63,005 bases of DNA, filler included, from Octopus bimaculoides (GCF_001194135.2; 6 parts of 6 records of this genome joined end to end with filler, not necessarily neighbours in it), one strand, 5' to 3'. Counted from the first letter of the whole stretch, positions 12,023-25,767 are shown. Notes: generated from the sequence alone by a model not told the origin. Made by a program: numbers and translations.

Positions 12023-13149
12023 NNNNNNNNNNNNNNNNNNNNNNNNNNNNNNNNNNNNNNNNNNNNNNNNNNNNNNNNNNNNNNNNNNNNNNNNNNNNNN
12101 NNNNNNNNNNNNNNNNNNNNNNNNNNNNNNNNNNNNNNNNNNNNNNNNNNNNNNNNNNNNNNNNNNNNNNNNNNNNNNNNNNNNNNNNNNNNNNNNNNNN
12201 NNNNNNNNNNNNNNNNNNNNNNNNNNNNNNNNNNNNNNNNNNNNNNNNNNNNNNNNNNNNNNNNNNNNNNNNNNNNNNNNNNNNNNNNNNNNNNNNNNNN
12301 NNNNNNNNNNNNNNNNNNNNNNNNNNNNNNNNNNNNNNNNNNNNNNNNNNNNNNNNNNNNNNNNNNNNNNNNNNNNNNNNNNNNNNNNNNNNNNNNNNNN
12401 NNNNNNNNNNNNNNNNNNNNNNNNNNNNNNNNNNNNNNNNNNNNNNNNNNNNNNNNNNNNNNNNNNNNNNNNNNNNNNNNNNNNNNNNNNNNNNNNNNNN
12501 NNNNNNNNNNNNNNNNNNNNNNNNNNNNNNNNNNNNNNNNNNNNNNNNNNNNNNNNNNNNNNNNNNNNNNNNNNNNNNNNNNNNNNNNNNNNNNNNNNNN
12601 NNNNNNNNNNNNNNNNNNNNNNNNNNNNNNNNNNNNNNNNNNNNNNNNNNNNNNNNNNNNNNNNATATATATATATATATACAGATATATATATACAGAT
12701 ATATATGCATACATATACATGTTTATATATAAATATACATATATATATATGTGCATACACGTACATAGATACACACACACACACACACACCACATATATA
12801 TATGTATATATCTCTATTTGTATATATATACACACATGTGTGTGCACGCATTTATACACATATAGGTTTATAGTTATGCGTGTGCATGCGTGTGTGCATA
12901 TGTGTATGTGCGGTCGGCGTGTGTATTTACGAACGCACAGATTACGCATGCGTGTGTGTGTGTGTGTGTGTGTGTGGAGGGGCTTTAGTGTTATTGTCAT
13001 TCTTTTCACGCCTCAAAGTCAACCATACTTCTTTCGTAATATACCTACAGGATTTCCACTCGGATTGTTTTTAGAGATGATATTGATTTACTGCTTGTTC
13101 GGAAAGCTGTCAGGATTTTTGCGTTTCATAATGGATGATATTCTCTTTA

Positions 13150-13196
<47 letters not shown>

Positions 13197-13203
13197 TAAT
13201 AAC

Positions 13204-13277
<74 letters not shown>

Positions 13278-13324
13278 TAATAACAATAATAATAATAATA
13301 ATAATAACAATAATAATAATAATA

Positions 13325-13380
13325 CTCTGGGTGAGACTTGGATCCAACTTGTACAAATGCAAAACAAAAGTCAAACATAA
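13325..13380 (+). mobile_element. Probable 3'-terminal tip of a Dong/R4-like LINE inside an (AAT)n array
   Basis: A unique 56-bp island (CTCTGGGTGAGACTTGG...CAAAAGTCAAACATAA) is embedded between (AAT)n tracts at about 13150-13324 and 13381-13432. The family assignment is from recall of R4-type 3' UTRs. Confidence 0.5.
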
Positions 13381-13469
<89 letters not shown>

Positions 13470-13618
13470 CGATGATGATGACTTCATTTATTTGCCACAA
13501 GGGCGAAGGATGAGGGGAACAATACTGAAACAGACTTAAAGTGTTGGGGTTTGCATATAATAATGAAACGATAAAAAAATAAAATAATAAGTGAATAAAT
13601 AAATAATAATAATAAAAC

Positions 13619-13652
<34 letters not shown>

Positions 13653-14377
13653 TGATGATGATGATGATGATGATGACATTGGTGACAAGGATGAGGCTGA
13701 TGACGATGATTAGGAGGAGGAGGAGGAAAAGGAGGGGAAGACGATGATGATGATGATGATGATGATGACGATGATACTGATGATGACGATTATACTGATG
13801 ATGACGATGATGATGATGGTGACGATGATGATGATGACGACGGTGATGATGATGATGATGACGATGGTGATGATGATGATGATTTCTTTAGGGTCATCAG
13901 ATAAAGGAGGACGTTAGAAACACAGTTTACATTTTGGAAAGGAGTTTACATAAAGAGATGACTTGGAAGGGGAGGAGAGCTGAGATTATAAATATATAGA
14001 AAAGTATCCAAAATACGTAAACATCGATGATGCAGTCCTCCTGATACGGAAGAGCCATCGGCTAGAGCCAGTAAAGGAATCTCATCGATTCAGGGTCGCC
14101 CAGACCACCAAGGTCACAAACGTTCGACCAACTAAATAAGAGGTCCACTGTCAAAGTTATATCGACAAAGACGTTGTATATTGACATGTCATCACCTCCG
14201 TACCACATTTACAGTTGGTGCGTACTGAGGGTACTGAGATTGACTTACAATCGGTTAGAGTCCTAATGGACAGAAAAAGTTCTAAAAAACACAGGAAAAC
14301 CACAAAACCTTGTCAAACACTGACATCGAAGTGTCCACGAATTCCTTTCCCTCAAAACTATAGTTCTTGTGTCAATA

Positions 14378-15300
14378 TTTTTTTTTTTTTTTTACTTTTA
14401 ATCTGCATGTTTGTTACAATCACTTGCCCAGACACACCCAGTGTCCTGAGGTGAGTGAAGGATAAGAGATGTTACAATATGACTGAAAGGTTGGGGAGGA
14501 GAAGTAGCGAAATATCTTCATGTAATACAACACTAACATTTAAATGGATAGGGTTTTTCTAAAGATGGGAGCAGTACTTTCAACACAATCTTTTGGATTT
14601 CTCTGAGACATGGTTCTTCTGGGATGTTACCTAGATGCTTCTGACATCCTTTTTTTGTCATACCTAAAGCACCTATTATCAAGGATAATTTCTGTTTTCA
14701 GGTTCCACATTCGGGTTATTTCTATTCGCAGATCTTTGTATTTTTATAGTTATTTCATGTTTCTTTTTAGAGATATGTTGTCATCTATTTGGACTGATAT
14801 GTCGATTTTCTTGGTTGTCCTTGATAACAATGTCAGGCAGAATAGCCTTTATCTCCCTGTATATGTGTGTGTTGACATATCCCAGTGTATGGTTGCTTTG
14901 TCATTTTCTAAGACCTTTTCTGGAGCATGTCTATACGATATTTTTTCTGTTAGTATCTCATAGGTCTGACACAATTTCCTGCGCATCTAAGTCAAGACAG
15001 GGCAACCAGAGACGATATGATTTATTGCTGCTTCCCACCACATATCTGCAGTTACTTATTGTATTGTGCTTCATTATTTTACGATATCTTCTAGTGAGGA
15101 GGCTTTTATCTTATGCCGCAGTTAAGAACCATTCCGTCTCTGTTCTGAATCCCAAGTTTCTCAACCATTGTTCTTTTCTATTTAGCTTATCCCTATATTT
15201 GCCATTTGAGGGTTATTCTCACTATAGTTTTGTTAGAGTGTTCTGTAGTTTCAGTTTTGAATTAAATTTTAGTAGCTTTACATTGATTCTCAGTTAATTA
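14378..15300 (-). mobile_element. Decayed R4/Dong-clade non-LTR retrotransposon, 3' part (end of RT, CCHC knuckle, RLE, 3'UTR, A-tail)
   Basis: Minus-strand peptides QWLRNLGFRTETEWFLTAA*DKSLLTRRY, INHIVSGCPVL and HAPEKVLENDKATIHWDM, plus RLE motifs parallel to 19844-20200. There are stops and frameshifts, and poly(T) at 14378-14393. Confidence 0.85.
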
Positions 15301-15442
15301 TTTTTAGTAATCCTGCGTTGGATATTTTATAATAGTTTTCTAGTTTTTAAAAGCTTCTACAGCCTTCAGCTATAATTATTGACGTTGTTCATATAGTTGT
15401 TTCTGTTCTTCTTCTTCTCATTATTATTATTATTATCATCAT

Positions 15443-15905
15443 TAAGGTGACGAGCTGGCAGAATCGTTAGCACGCCGAGTGTTATACTTAGCGGTATTTC
15501 GTCTGTCGCTACGTTCTGAGTTCAAATTCTGCTGAGGTCGACTTTGCCTTTCATCCTTTCGGGGTTGATAAATTAAGTACCAGTGAAACACTAGGGTCGA
15601 TGTAATCGACAAGTCCCCTCCCCCCAAATTTCAAGGCCTTGTGCCTTCAGTAGAAGGGATTATCATCATCATCATCATCATCATCATCATTAGAGCAGTA
15701 AGCTGGCAGAATCATTAACACGCTGGACGAAATACTTAGCGGTATTTCGTCTACCGCTACGTTCTGAGTTCAAATTCTGCTAGGGTCGACTTTGCCTTTC
15801 ATCCTTTCGGGGTTGATTAAATAAGTATCAGTTACGCACTGAGGTCGATGTAATCGACTAGCTCCCGCCTCCAAAATTCGAGTACTTGTGCCTATATTAG
15901 AAAGA
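15443..15905 (+). mobile_element. Two tandem family-B SINEs separated by (CAT)n
   Basis: GAGCTGGCAGAATC...GTTCAAATTCTGC...TTGCCTTTCATCCTTTCGGGGTTGAT occurs twice, with simple-repeat tails. Confidence 0.88.
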
Positions 15906-15912
15906 ATCATCA

Positions 15913-15982
<70 letters not shown>

Positions 15983-17393
15983 CACTATCGTATTGTCTAT
16001 TATTACTATTACTATTATTATTTTTCGTGCTTGACGTGCACGTAGGTTTTATATTTATTGTCTGCGAATTTCTGTATTAACAGTTTTAGTGGATGAAAAT
16101 TATTCCTTCCGGATTATTTTACACACTGATGGCGATGTTAAAATGTCGGTACGTCTATCTCAATCTCTGAGGCAGACAAGTTTGTTTTAAACATCAATTT
16201 AATTTTATTTTTCCGCCATTTTGTTTTGTTTACAATAATATTTCTGCATGGCTTCCTCTGCCAGAAAAGCATTAAGAGTTATTTACAAGACAACGAATAG
16301 CATTGTTTATAATCCTTTTGAAAAGAAACAATTATTTAATCTTCAAGCACACGAAAACAAATTTACAAAAAAAAAAAAGAAGAGAATTAAACAGGATGGA
16401 ATAGTAATAAAACAAATTGTTAGACACTCAAGCATAGAAATTGTAAATTTGCTCGACATAAACTAACATAGAGACAACGACCACGAAACACGCACAAACA
16501 TCCATGTGTCGTCGAAATGAAGAAACAAGGAGCAGACGACAGTTTTAAGCTTTGCTCATGCTGACAATAACAGGCAAATTTTTAATATGAACTAATCAGG
16601 GGAAATTTTTCTTCACTGAGTTTTGTAACCAAAAGGGACCACCTCGCTGCTATTCAAGAGCAAGTGAGGAAAGAGTTATACCTGCCACCGAATTACCGAA
16701 AGCGAAATGGTTTCTCTCGTGCTTTCAAAAGAACGATTAACCTTAGCCTATGTGCATGAAGATAGCTCCCCTATCGCTAAGGAACTGTCTCTTTTATTTT
16801 TCATCTTTTACTTGTGTCAGTCATTGGACTGTGGCCAAGCTGGGACAATGCCTTGAGGATTTCATTCGAGTAAATCTATTCCAATACTTATGCTACAGTT
16901 ATTAGTTTGGTTAAATACGATGGTCACTGTCAAAAAGATGCTGGCAACCCCTGACACATCGTTACTTTTGTACCACATTATAAGTGGTGAGAGCCGAGGT
17001 TACCAAGATTGACATGTAGTCGAGTAGAGCCTCGATGGATATACAAGTTCTAAAGACACAGGAAGACCAAAGAACCATACGGAAAAATGTGTCACAGAAA
17101 GGGTGCATTTAGAAAGGCTACGAAACTGATAGTATAAGGCAAAAGACCCAGGTGTTTCACGTGTGACAGCAAGCACCAAGCACCATCTGCGTACTGGGGA
17201 CGATGTAATCGATTATCCCACTCAGCCAAATTTCAGGCCTTGTGTTTATAGTAGAAAGGATTATCATTATTATTATTATTAGCTTTTCTTCAATCAATTT
17301 TGTTTCAATTTCTTGTCGAGTGTCTTCCCGACTCCTAGGGCAAAGGAACTCACTATACAACTTGATAGGCCATTAAAATAAACACACCAAATG

Positions 17394-17478
<85 letters not shown>

Positions 17479-18339
17479 CAGCAGCACCATCATAGTCATT
17501 ATTTGCATTGGCTGTGAACGAACGTATTTCGCTTCGCTCTCTCAGTATTTTGAATTTTACCATGATATTTTTAATGGAAGAAATTTCTTTCTAGATTGTT
17601 TGCAAACCAGTTGATATCTTTGATATTTTGGGACGTGCATTTCATTACCACTGTGCATAGAAACGGTCTGTCTTTTAGACGGTTATTTAATTTTGTAGAA
17701 AAAAAGAACATTTATTAACTAATTATTAAAATGGCTTCTCCATTTTTGAGGAGTAACTGTGAGATGCAATAGTTAAAAATGCGATAGCATTGATCATGCC
17801 CGCAGGTTAAAAGAATATTAAGAAAACACTTTGTGAAAAATATATTAATGCAATTTAGAAAACACAAACAAATACAAGAAAATGATAACGTTTAGACAAA
17901 CAAATGTAATTGTAAACGCAAACACAAACATTAATATTTTGGAAAACACACAGAAAAAACCCCACGAACAGATATAGTTGTCAAGTGAACATAGACGCAG
18001 GCTATAGCCAAGATTCCATATTGCAGACAACAAAAATTTAACTTTGATAATATCGTGAGATAGTGAAAAACTTTGAACATGAGCATGCACTCTGAAGAAA
18101 CGTGGGCGAGGTAGGTCACGAAAATGCTGCGCCTGTGCCTGGCGATTTTAATCAAAAGAAAGAGCAAAGAGAAAAGTAATATGACTGTCTTACGAAAGAA
18201 TGTGGAAGCTTTGAGCGTGTTCTCAAAGAAGTAACAAATAAGCTCAGGTAAATATCTGGAGCGATGGGGGGTTTCTGCTGAAGGGTATGGGGAAGTTTAT
18301 GCCTGATCATTGTTTCTGGAAGACCAGCAGTCGCTACGT

Positions 18340-19050
18340 TCTGAATTCAAATTCCGCCGAGGTCGACTTTGCCTTTCATCCTTTAGGGGGTCGATAAATT
18401 GAACACTAGGGTCGATGTAATCGACTCATCCCCACCTCCCCCCAAGATGCCCTTGTGAAAAAAATTTCAAATAATTATTATCAAGGCGGTGAGCTGGCAG
18501 AATTGTTAGCACGCCGGGCAAAATGCTCAGCGGCATTTCGTCCATCTATTCGTTCTGAGTTCAAATCCAGCCGAGGTCGACTCTACTTTTCATCTTTCCG
18601 CGATCGATTAAATTAAGTATCAGTTGAGTACTGGGGTCGCTGTAATCGAAATAACCCCTTCTCTAAAATTGCTTGCCTTGTACCAAACTTTGAAATCAAC
18701 ATTATTGTTATTATCGGGTCGATAAATTAAGTACCAGTGAGACACAGGTCGATCTAATCGACTAGTCCCCTCCCAACAAATTNNNNNNNNNNTTCGTTCT
18801 GAGTTCAAATCCAGCCGAGGTCGACTCTACTTTTCATCTTTCCGCGATCGATTAAATTAAGTATCAGTTGAGTACTGGGGTCGCTGTAATCGAAATAACC
18901 CCTTCTCTAAAATTGCTTGCCTTGTACCAAACTTTGAAATCAACATTATTGTTATTATCGGGTCGATAAATTAAGTACCAGTGAGACACAGGTCGATCTA
19001 ATCGACTAGTCCCCTCCCAACAAATTTCAGACCTTGTGCCTTTAGTAGAA
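18340..19050 (+). mobile_element. Cluster of family-B SINE copies and fragments (includes an assembly duplication)
   Basis: Repeated GTTCAAATTCCGCCGAGGTCGAC and GGGGTCGATGTAATCGAC motifs. 18549-18782 is repeated exactly at 18793-19026. Confidence 0.85.
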
Positions 19051-19060
19051 AGAATTATTA

Positions 19061-19097
<37 letters not shown>

Positions 19098-19105
19098 CAT
19101 TATTA

Positions 19106-19150
<45 letters not shown>

Positions 19151-19734
19151 GTTGCTGGTGGTGAGGCCATTTTCATAGTTATTTTTGTCATTATTGTTGG
19201 TTTTACTAGTAACTGTTTTTGTTTCCTGCGGTTGCGCCGTTGATACTATTGTTGTATCGATGTTAGCTGCGGTTTTTGTTGTTGCTGTTGTTGTTGGTGG
19301 TGTTGTTGGTGTTGTTGCTGATATCAATTTAGATAGCATTTCACGTTCGATTAATTCCTCAACGAGTTAAGCGTCTTTCATAAGAATGTGAATAGCTTGT
19401 CGCCTCGCAAATTCATTCCGCTTCTTGTTTTGCCACCACAGTTAAAAATCACCAAAAGCTCTGAAATTTACATCATCTCATTACTGTACTAGTGCCACTG
19501 CATCTGCTGCTGCTGCTGCTACTACTACTACTATTCATACTACTACCTCTGTTTAATAATAGTAATGATAATAAAAATTATCATTATTATTACTATTATT
19601 ATTATTGGTAAATTATTATTAATATTGTTGTTGTTTTTGTTGTTTTTGTTCTTGCTCCTGTTGTTGGTGTTATTATAATTATTCTTGCTGCTGCTGCTGT
19701 TGTCGTTGTTATTATTATTATTATTATTATTATT

Positions 19735-20203
19735 GTTCAGTAGTTTTATTTTTATAACGCGCTTTCACTTCACTACCGAGCGCAGCTCTGTGTGCCTTGG
19801 GCATGTGCTGTGGTTTGCTGTGATGCTCTTATGTTTACTGTATTCAAAGTGTTTTGCGTAAGATGTGTGCAGTACCCAGTAGTGCAATTTTCTGTATGTT
19901 ATATATATTTGTAAGTCCTGGTGTTTTTGTTATGTATTTGTCTGAATATTTTTTTATTATACCTAAGGCACCTACTATGATAGGAATTGCTTCTGTTTTT
20001 AGATTCCACATTCGAGTTACCTCTATTTCCAGGTCTTTGTATTTTGAAAGTTTTTCCATTTCTTTTGGGGAAACGTTGTCATCTGCTAGTATTGATACAT
20101 CAATTAGAAAGCATTTTTTTTCTTCATGATCTTTGACAACTATATCTGGTCTATTTGCCTTAATTTCTCTGTGTGTATTGGCATATCCCAGAGTATGGTT
20201 GCT
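19735..20203 (-). mobile_element. 5'-truncated R4/Dong-clade LINE: restriction-like endonuclease domain plus 3'UTR ending in (AAT)n
   Basis: Reads NRPDIVVKDHEEKKCFLIDVSILADDNVSPKEMEKLSKYKDLEIEVTRMW...IIVGALG...LLGTAHILRKTL, with the PD..D..K RLE motif. The 3' end AAAACTACTGAAC runs into (AAT)n. Confidence 0.92.
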
Positions 20204-20603
20204 ACACACACATACATACACACACATACATACACACACATACACACTACACACATACACACACATAAAAAATAATGTATATTTCGAGTTTTGCCTATAT
20301 AATTAGAATTTTTATTTTGTTTTACTTTTGTTTTGCTTTTACGCTATGCAATACCACACCAGTTATATGATTTACGATCCATTGGAGTTATTTGTTTTAG
20401 CCTTTATGTATTATATATAATATTAGGGATAAAAATCCAAATTTACAGGTAAAAACTCAATTAAATTAAATTTATCAAGAATTAAAATTAAATTAAGTTT
20501 CGCAGTATATAATATATATATAAATATATAGTTTAGAGAAAAGAACTAAAGTTCATGAACTCATCCATTTACTTGTGTACTTATTAATTTTGTGACTGTG
20601 AAT

Positions 20604-20714
20604 TATGTTTACAAGGGGGAGACAGACTAGACAGCGTACCTTATGTTTACAAGACTAGACGGCGTACCTTATATTTACAAGGGTGGAGGTGCTTGTCTCC
20701 CTCTTGTAAACATA
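20604..20714. repeat. Small foldback with 21-bp inverted ends and internal direct repeats
   Basis: TATGTTTACAAGGGGGAGACA (20604-20624) pairs with TGTCTCCCTCTTGTAAACATA (20694-20714) with 1 mismatch. Confidence 0.7.
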
Positions 20715-20959
20715 TGAACACAGGAAATGTGCTGACAGGAAGCAATGCAGCTTCCTTAGTCTAACCAACAGTAGTATTATTCCCTTCAGGTGACTGTCAC
20801 ATGAAGTTGACAGCATACAACTACTTTATGTAAATGAACAGTTAACAAAACTGGTGTTGATGCAAGGGAGAGAACAAATGACAAATTATTGATTAGTTCT
20901 TCCCCTTGTATAAAATTTAAACTAAAAGTTTTAAATTTTAGTTTTTAACTGCATAATAA

Positions 20960-21323
20960 TTATAATCTCTTCTGATATAAGCCCAAAGCCTGAAGCTTGA
21001 GGGAAAGAGTTAGTTGATTATATCGACCCCATTGCTCAACTGTTACTCATTTTACCGACCCCGAAACGATGATAGACAAAATCAACCTCGGCAGAATTTG
21101 GAATGCCTCAAAGCATTTTATCCGACGTCCAGCAGGTCACCGCCTTTTAAGGGAAGGGAGCTTACTCGATGAGATCGACCCCTCCCCCGGATTTGATAGG
21201 ACTTATATTAAAACCTCCTCAGTGGAATTTGAACTCAGTAAAGACGGGTGGCGGGGCGAAATACCGACGTCCTCGCAATTTTGTCCGACGTCCTCGCGAT
21301 TATGCCAGCTCGCCGCCATAGTG

Positions 21324-21382
<59 letters not shown>

Positions 21383-21468
21383 CTTTTCTACTGGAAGCAC
21401 AAAGCCTCAAATTTGGGGGAAGGGATTAGGCCGATTACATCGACCCCAGTGCGTAACTGGTACTTATT
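20960..21468 (-). mobile_element. Several family-B SINE copies on the minus strand
   Basis: Motifs TCGACCCC, AACCTCGGCAGAATTTG, GAATTTGAACTCAG and TGCCAGCTCGCCGCC. Confidence 0.8.
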
Positions 21469-21569
21469 TAAGAGCAGTGCATGCCATCAAAGTGACACTG
21501 GGGTAAAATATACGAAGCCCATTATACCCATCATGACTACCCGTCTGATAAGGGTACACCAGGCACATG

Positions 21570-21669
21570 NNNNNNNNNNNNNNNNNNNNNNNNNNNNNNN
21601 NNNNNNNNNNNNNTTAATTAATTAANNNNNNNNNNNNNNNNNNNNNNNNNNNNNNNNNNNNNNNNNNNN
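21570..21669. other. Artificial scaffolding gap: 44 N + TTAATTAATTAA + 44 N (also 40574-40673, 45426-45525, 50194-50293, 58128-58227)
   Basis: The identical 100-bp construct occurs five times. The palindromic 12-mer places a stop codon in all six frames. Confidence 0.95.
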
Positions 21670-22919
21670 AAAAAGAAAAGCTCTACATTGTATTTGTCCC
21701 ATCTTCGTTGAGCCCTGTGTGGCTAATAAAAGAAATGTATCTCTCTATCTATTTATCTATATTTCCATCTATCTATCCCTCCATCTATCCATCCATCTAT
21801 CCACCTGTCTATCTATTTATCTATCTATCTATCTATCCATCTATCCATCCATCCATTCATCCATTTATCTATTACTCTGTCCGTCCATCCACCCAGCCAT
21901 CCATTCATCCATCCATCCATCCATCCATCCATCCATTTATTTATCTATCTAGCCAGCTATTCATCTTTCTATGTATCTGTCTGTCTATCTATCTAGCTAG
22001 CTAGCTACCTATATTTTTATCTATCTATCTATCTGTCTGTCTAGCTATTTTTCTGTCCATCCACCCATCCGTCTGTCTGTCCGTCCATCGATCCGTCTGT
22101 CTGTCCGTCTATCGGTCCATCTGTCAGTCTGTCTATCTATCTATCTATCTATCTATCTATATCTATCTATCTGCCTGTCTATCTATCTATCTGTCTATCT
22201 ATCTATATCTATCTATCTGCCTGTCTATCTATCTATCTGTCTATCTATCTATCTGTCTGTATATCTATCTATCTATATTTATCTATCTGCCTGTCTATCT
22301 ATCTATCTGTCTATCTATCTATCTGTATATCTATCTATCGATTTATATGTCTGTCTATCTATCCCTATCTAATTGTCTACTGATATGACTGTCTGTCTAT
22401 CCTCCTGACTGTCCACCCACCCATCCTTCCATCCAACCATCCACTGATCTAGTTTTACAAATACTTCCTCCTCCCATAGAGATTTACACCCACAGTAGAC
22501 AGCTAAATAAATAGACAGACAGTTCTGAAGTTTGGATATGTTTGTATGCCATGGGGAGACGAGGAATCTCATGTTTCAGGATGGAACTTTCTTTGGAGAT
22601 AGAGGAAGCAATTTTTCTCCTTCTCAGACAAAGAGACAACCATCCCAACTCCACCAAACATAGATTCTCCCCATGGTATACAAACTAATCCAGACTCACG
22701 AATTTCATTAGATAAATAGATAGATAAATAGCCCTCTGTCAAAAACTCCCTGTATTTCATTTCTAAGGATAGGGTACATCTTAGCAATCATGCGCATAAA
22801 AGTAACCAAAGGCTTTGAAACAATGAATCTGCAGCATTTACAGATGCCAGGATTCCTGTTTTCTAACATTTGCCTGTGTCATTTCTTATTGATAAATAGT
22901 CTTATATCCTCAAAGAAAT

Positions 22920-22955
<36 letters not shown>

Positions 22956-22981
22956 CCTTATATATGTATGTGTGTGGTCGA

Positions 22982-23037
<56 letters not shown>

Positions 23038-23080
23038 GTGTGTGTTTAAATATATGTTTGTGTATATGCGTGCGTATTTG

Positions 23081-23127
<47 letters not shown>

Positions 23128-23759
23128 AGATAGATAGATAGATAGAGGCATACATACATACATACATACATACATACATACATAGATGTATATGTAGATG
23201 TATAGTGTATGTAAGTATACATATCTTACATAATAAATATATATATATATAGATATATTGTATATACATATTGTATATACATGACCGCAGCCACTTGGCT
23301 GAAACACATAAATAAAAAAAATTAAAAAAATACACACACATATATATACATATGTGTGTGTATGTATTTTTATGTGTGTGTGTTTGTACATACATACATA
23401 CACATATACATATATGATATACACGCATAGATACATATGTATGTAAACATGCATGTATACATATATATATATATAGTTATATGAATTATTAACTGAATGA
23501 ATAATGTGGGTCTTTTGTTGTATGTCATTACTAGCACAAAAACTTTGCCAGAATGTCATACCACCGAGTATATTTCATGGATAATCTAATGAAGGACATC
23601 TTGAGAAATGTTTATGGTTTCTAGAATCTTCCAAACACATAATTGTCATTTGTCATTATATGTGAGTGCCATAACTCATTATCATGAGAGCCGTCTCTTA
23701 AAAACTCCATTTTATTTAATATCCAAGAGACAAATCACCATAGCATAGACCATTTGTCT

Positions 23760-23968
23760 TTAACCCTTTCTATATGCTAATTAATGTTTGAGCACATCAC
23801 TCTGGCCACAAAAATAATAAACAAAATGGTAGGAATTAATTCTTTAAAATTTAATTTTTATATTATTTTCAAATGATAGGACAATTATAATCAAGTTTTG
23901 ACAACTTTTATAACTTAGCTGAGTTTTGACAAATCCTTTATTGACAACACTCATATTTAAAGGGTCAA
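23760..23968. mobile_element. piggyBac-like MITE (decayed)
   Basis: Ends are TTAACCCTTT and AAAGGGTCAA, matching the TTAA target plus CCC/GGG termini of piggyBac. Confidence 0.55.
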
Positions 23969-23999
23969 CAGAATAGCTGTCATAGGGTTCGAAATGCAA

Positions 24000-24310
24000 C
24001 ATTGTAAGTTAATGAAACACTTGCCATTTTACAAAACAGTACACAAAGTATTCATTGCATATAGCAGTGATTTGTGGGGCCTTTGTTGGTCAAATGTTGA
24101 TCACAGATATGCATATGTTTGGTCAGGCTTGAGTAAGATTTTGTGTGGAAGACAAGTAGTTCCCTATGCATGCATACAGCTCTTTTGTCTCTTATATCAG
24201 CATTGTTTATCCAAAAGAAAGGCCACTGACTGGGGCCAATGCAACTTTGTACAAGTGTTGATGCAGGCATTAATGTCTGAACACAGAGAGCTAGAACAGA
24301 CACTGCCAAG
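24000..24310 (-). mobile_element. Possible BED zinc-finger (hAT-like) transposase relic
   Basis: Reads PFFWINNADIRDKRAVCMHRELLVFHTKSYSSLTKHMHICDQH, loosely like the W..F...C..C...S.S.L.KH BED motif. One Cys is missing and there are stops nearby. Confidence 0.3.
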
Positions 24311-24821
24311 CATCTTGTCTGACCCCTTAACAGTTCGACTAGTCCACTGCTGAGTAATGGTACTTCTATTTTTTGTATCGACCCCCAACAAATCAGAAAG
24401 CAAGAAAGACCAANNNNNNNNNNNNNNNNNNNNNNNNNNNNNNNNNNNNNNNNNNNNNNNNNNNNNNNNNNNNNNNNNNNNNNNNNNNNNNNNNNNNNNN
24501 NNNNNNNNNNNNNNNNNNNNNNNNNNNNNNNNNNNNNNNNNNNNNNNNNNNNNNNNNNNNNNNNNNNNNNNNNNNNNNNNNNNNNNNNNNNNNNNNNNNN
24601 NNNNNNNNNNNNNNNNNNNNNNNNNNNNNNNNNNNNNNNNNNNNNNNNNNNNNNNNNNNNNNNNNNNNNNNNNNNNNNNNNNNNNNNNNNNNNNNNNNNN
24701 NNNNNNNNNNNNNNNNNNNNNNNNNNNNNNNNNNNACAAGGGACTCTTAAAGTCAGAACTTATGGTAGTTTTGACTTTAAGAGTCCCTTGTAGCATGAGG
24801 CATTTATGTATAGTAATGCCC

Positions 24822-24858
<37 letters not shown>

Positions 24859-25714
24859 GTGTACAAACAATATATGAGTATATGCATATGTTTTTGTGTC
24901 TATGTTTGTATCCCCACCCCCTACCCCCACTGCTTGTCAACTGGTGTTTGTGTGTTTACATCTCCGGAACTTAATTTGGCAAAAAAAAGTGAAAGAGTAA
25001 GTACCAGTATTTTTTTTAAATAAGTACTGGGGTTGATGTATTCAACTAAAATTGTTCAAAGCAGGGCTCAGCATGGCCACAGTCTAATGAGTAAAATAAG
25101 TAAAAGATAAAAGAAGGAAAGATAAACACTAACATCTTTACCAATTTCCCACTGTCACAGTGGGCTACATCTCACTATGTGACCTATTTACAGTTTCATA
25201 GGGGTCAATGAGAGCTGTTCATTCTTGTGTTTTTTTCTTTTATAGATTTATAGCCTTGCACCAATGTAAAAAATCCTTATATCTCCCCTACTGAGCCAAT
25301 CCAAAAGATTCCCAACAATCAATTGCTGCTAACATTGCTATTATTACTGATGTTGTTGCTGTGGTTAACATTCTCTTTTGTGTTTTTCTTTTTCCTTTTT
25401 TTTTTGTTTCTTGGTTTAACCATTTACAAACAAACAAAACTTGGTCCTTTTTTTCTTTTTTTCTAAGAAGGAATGCAGAATAGCCCAGTTGAAATCTTTG
25501 AATGTTTGCATTTCTGTATGTTTCTCATTATACAAGTCTCATTTTTTTAACTTGAAGAAGAGGAACATACTGTTGAAATATTCTTCACTTCAATAAACAA
25601 TGTCAAACCTGTGTATTATTACATACCACACTCTTCCAATTGTCTATTATTATTATTATTATTATTATTATTTATTATGAATGATGACGATGAGGATTCT
25701 TCTTATTATTATTA

Positions 25715-25754
<40 letters not shown>

Positions 25755-25767
25755 TCCTCATCATCAT

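Noticed and set aside
16198-16257. AAAATGGCGG (YY1/Kozak-like) start on the minus strand
   Set aside because: The frame closes after four codons (MAEK*), so there is no supportable ORF.
18549-19026. Exact 234-bp tandem duplication
   Set aside because: The identical copies flank a 10-N gap, the typical signature of unmerged overlapping contig ends.
21614-21625. Recurrent palindrome TTAATTAATTAA as a biological motif
   Set aside because: It is always centred in exactly 44+44 N, so it is an assembly linker.
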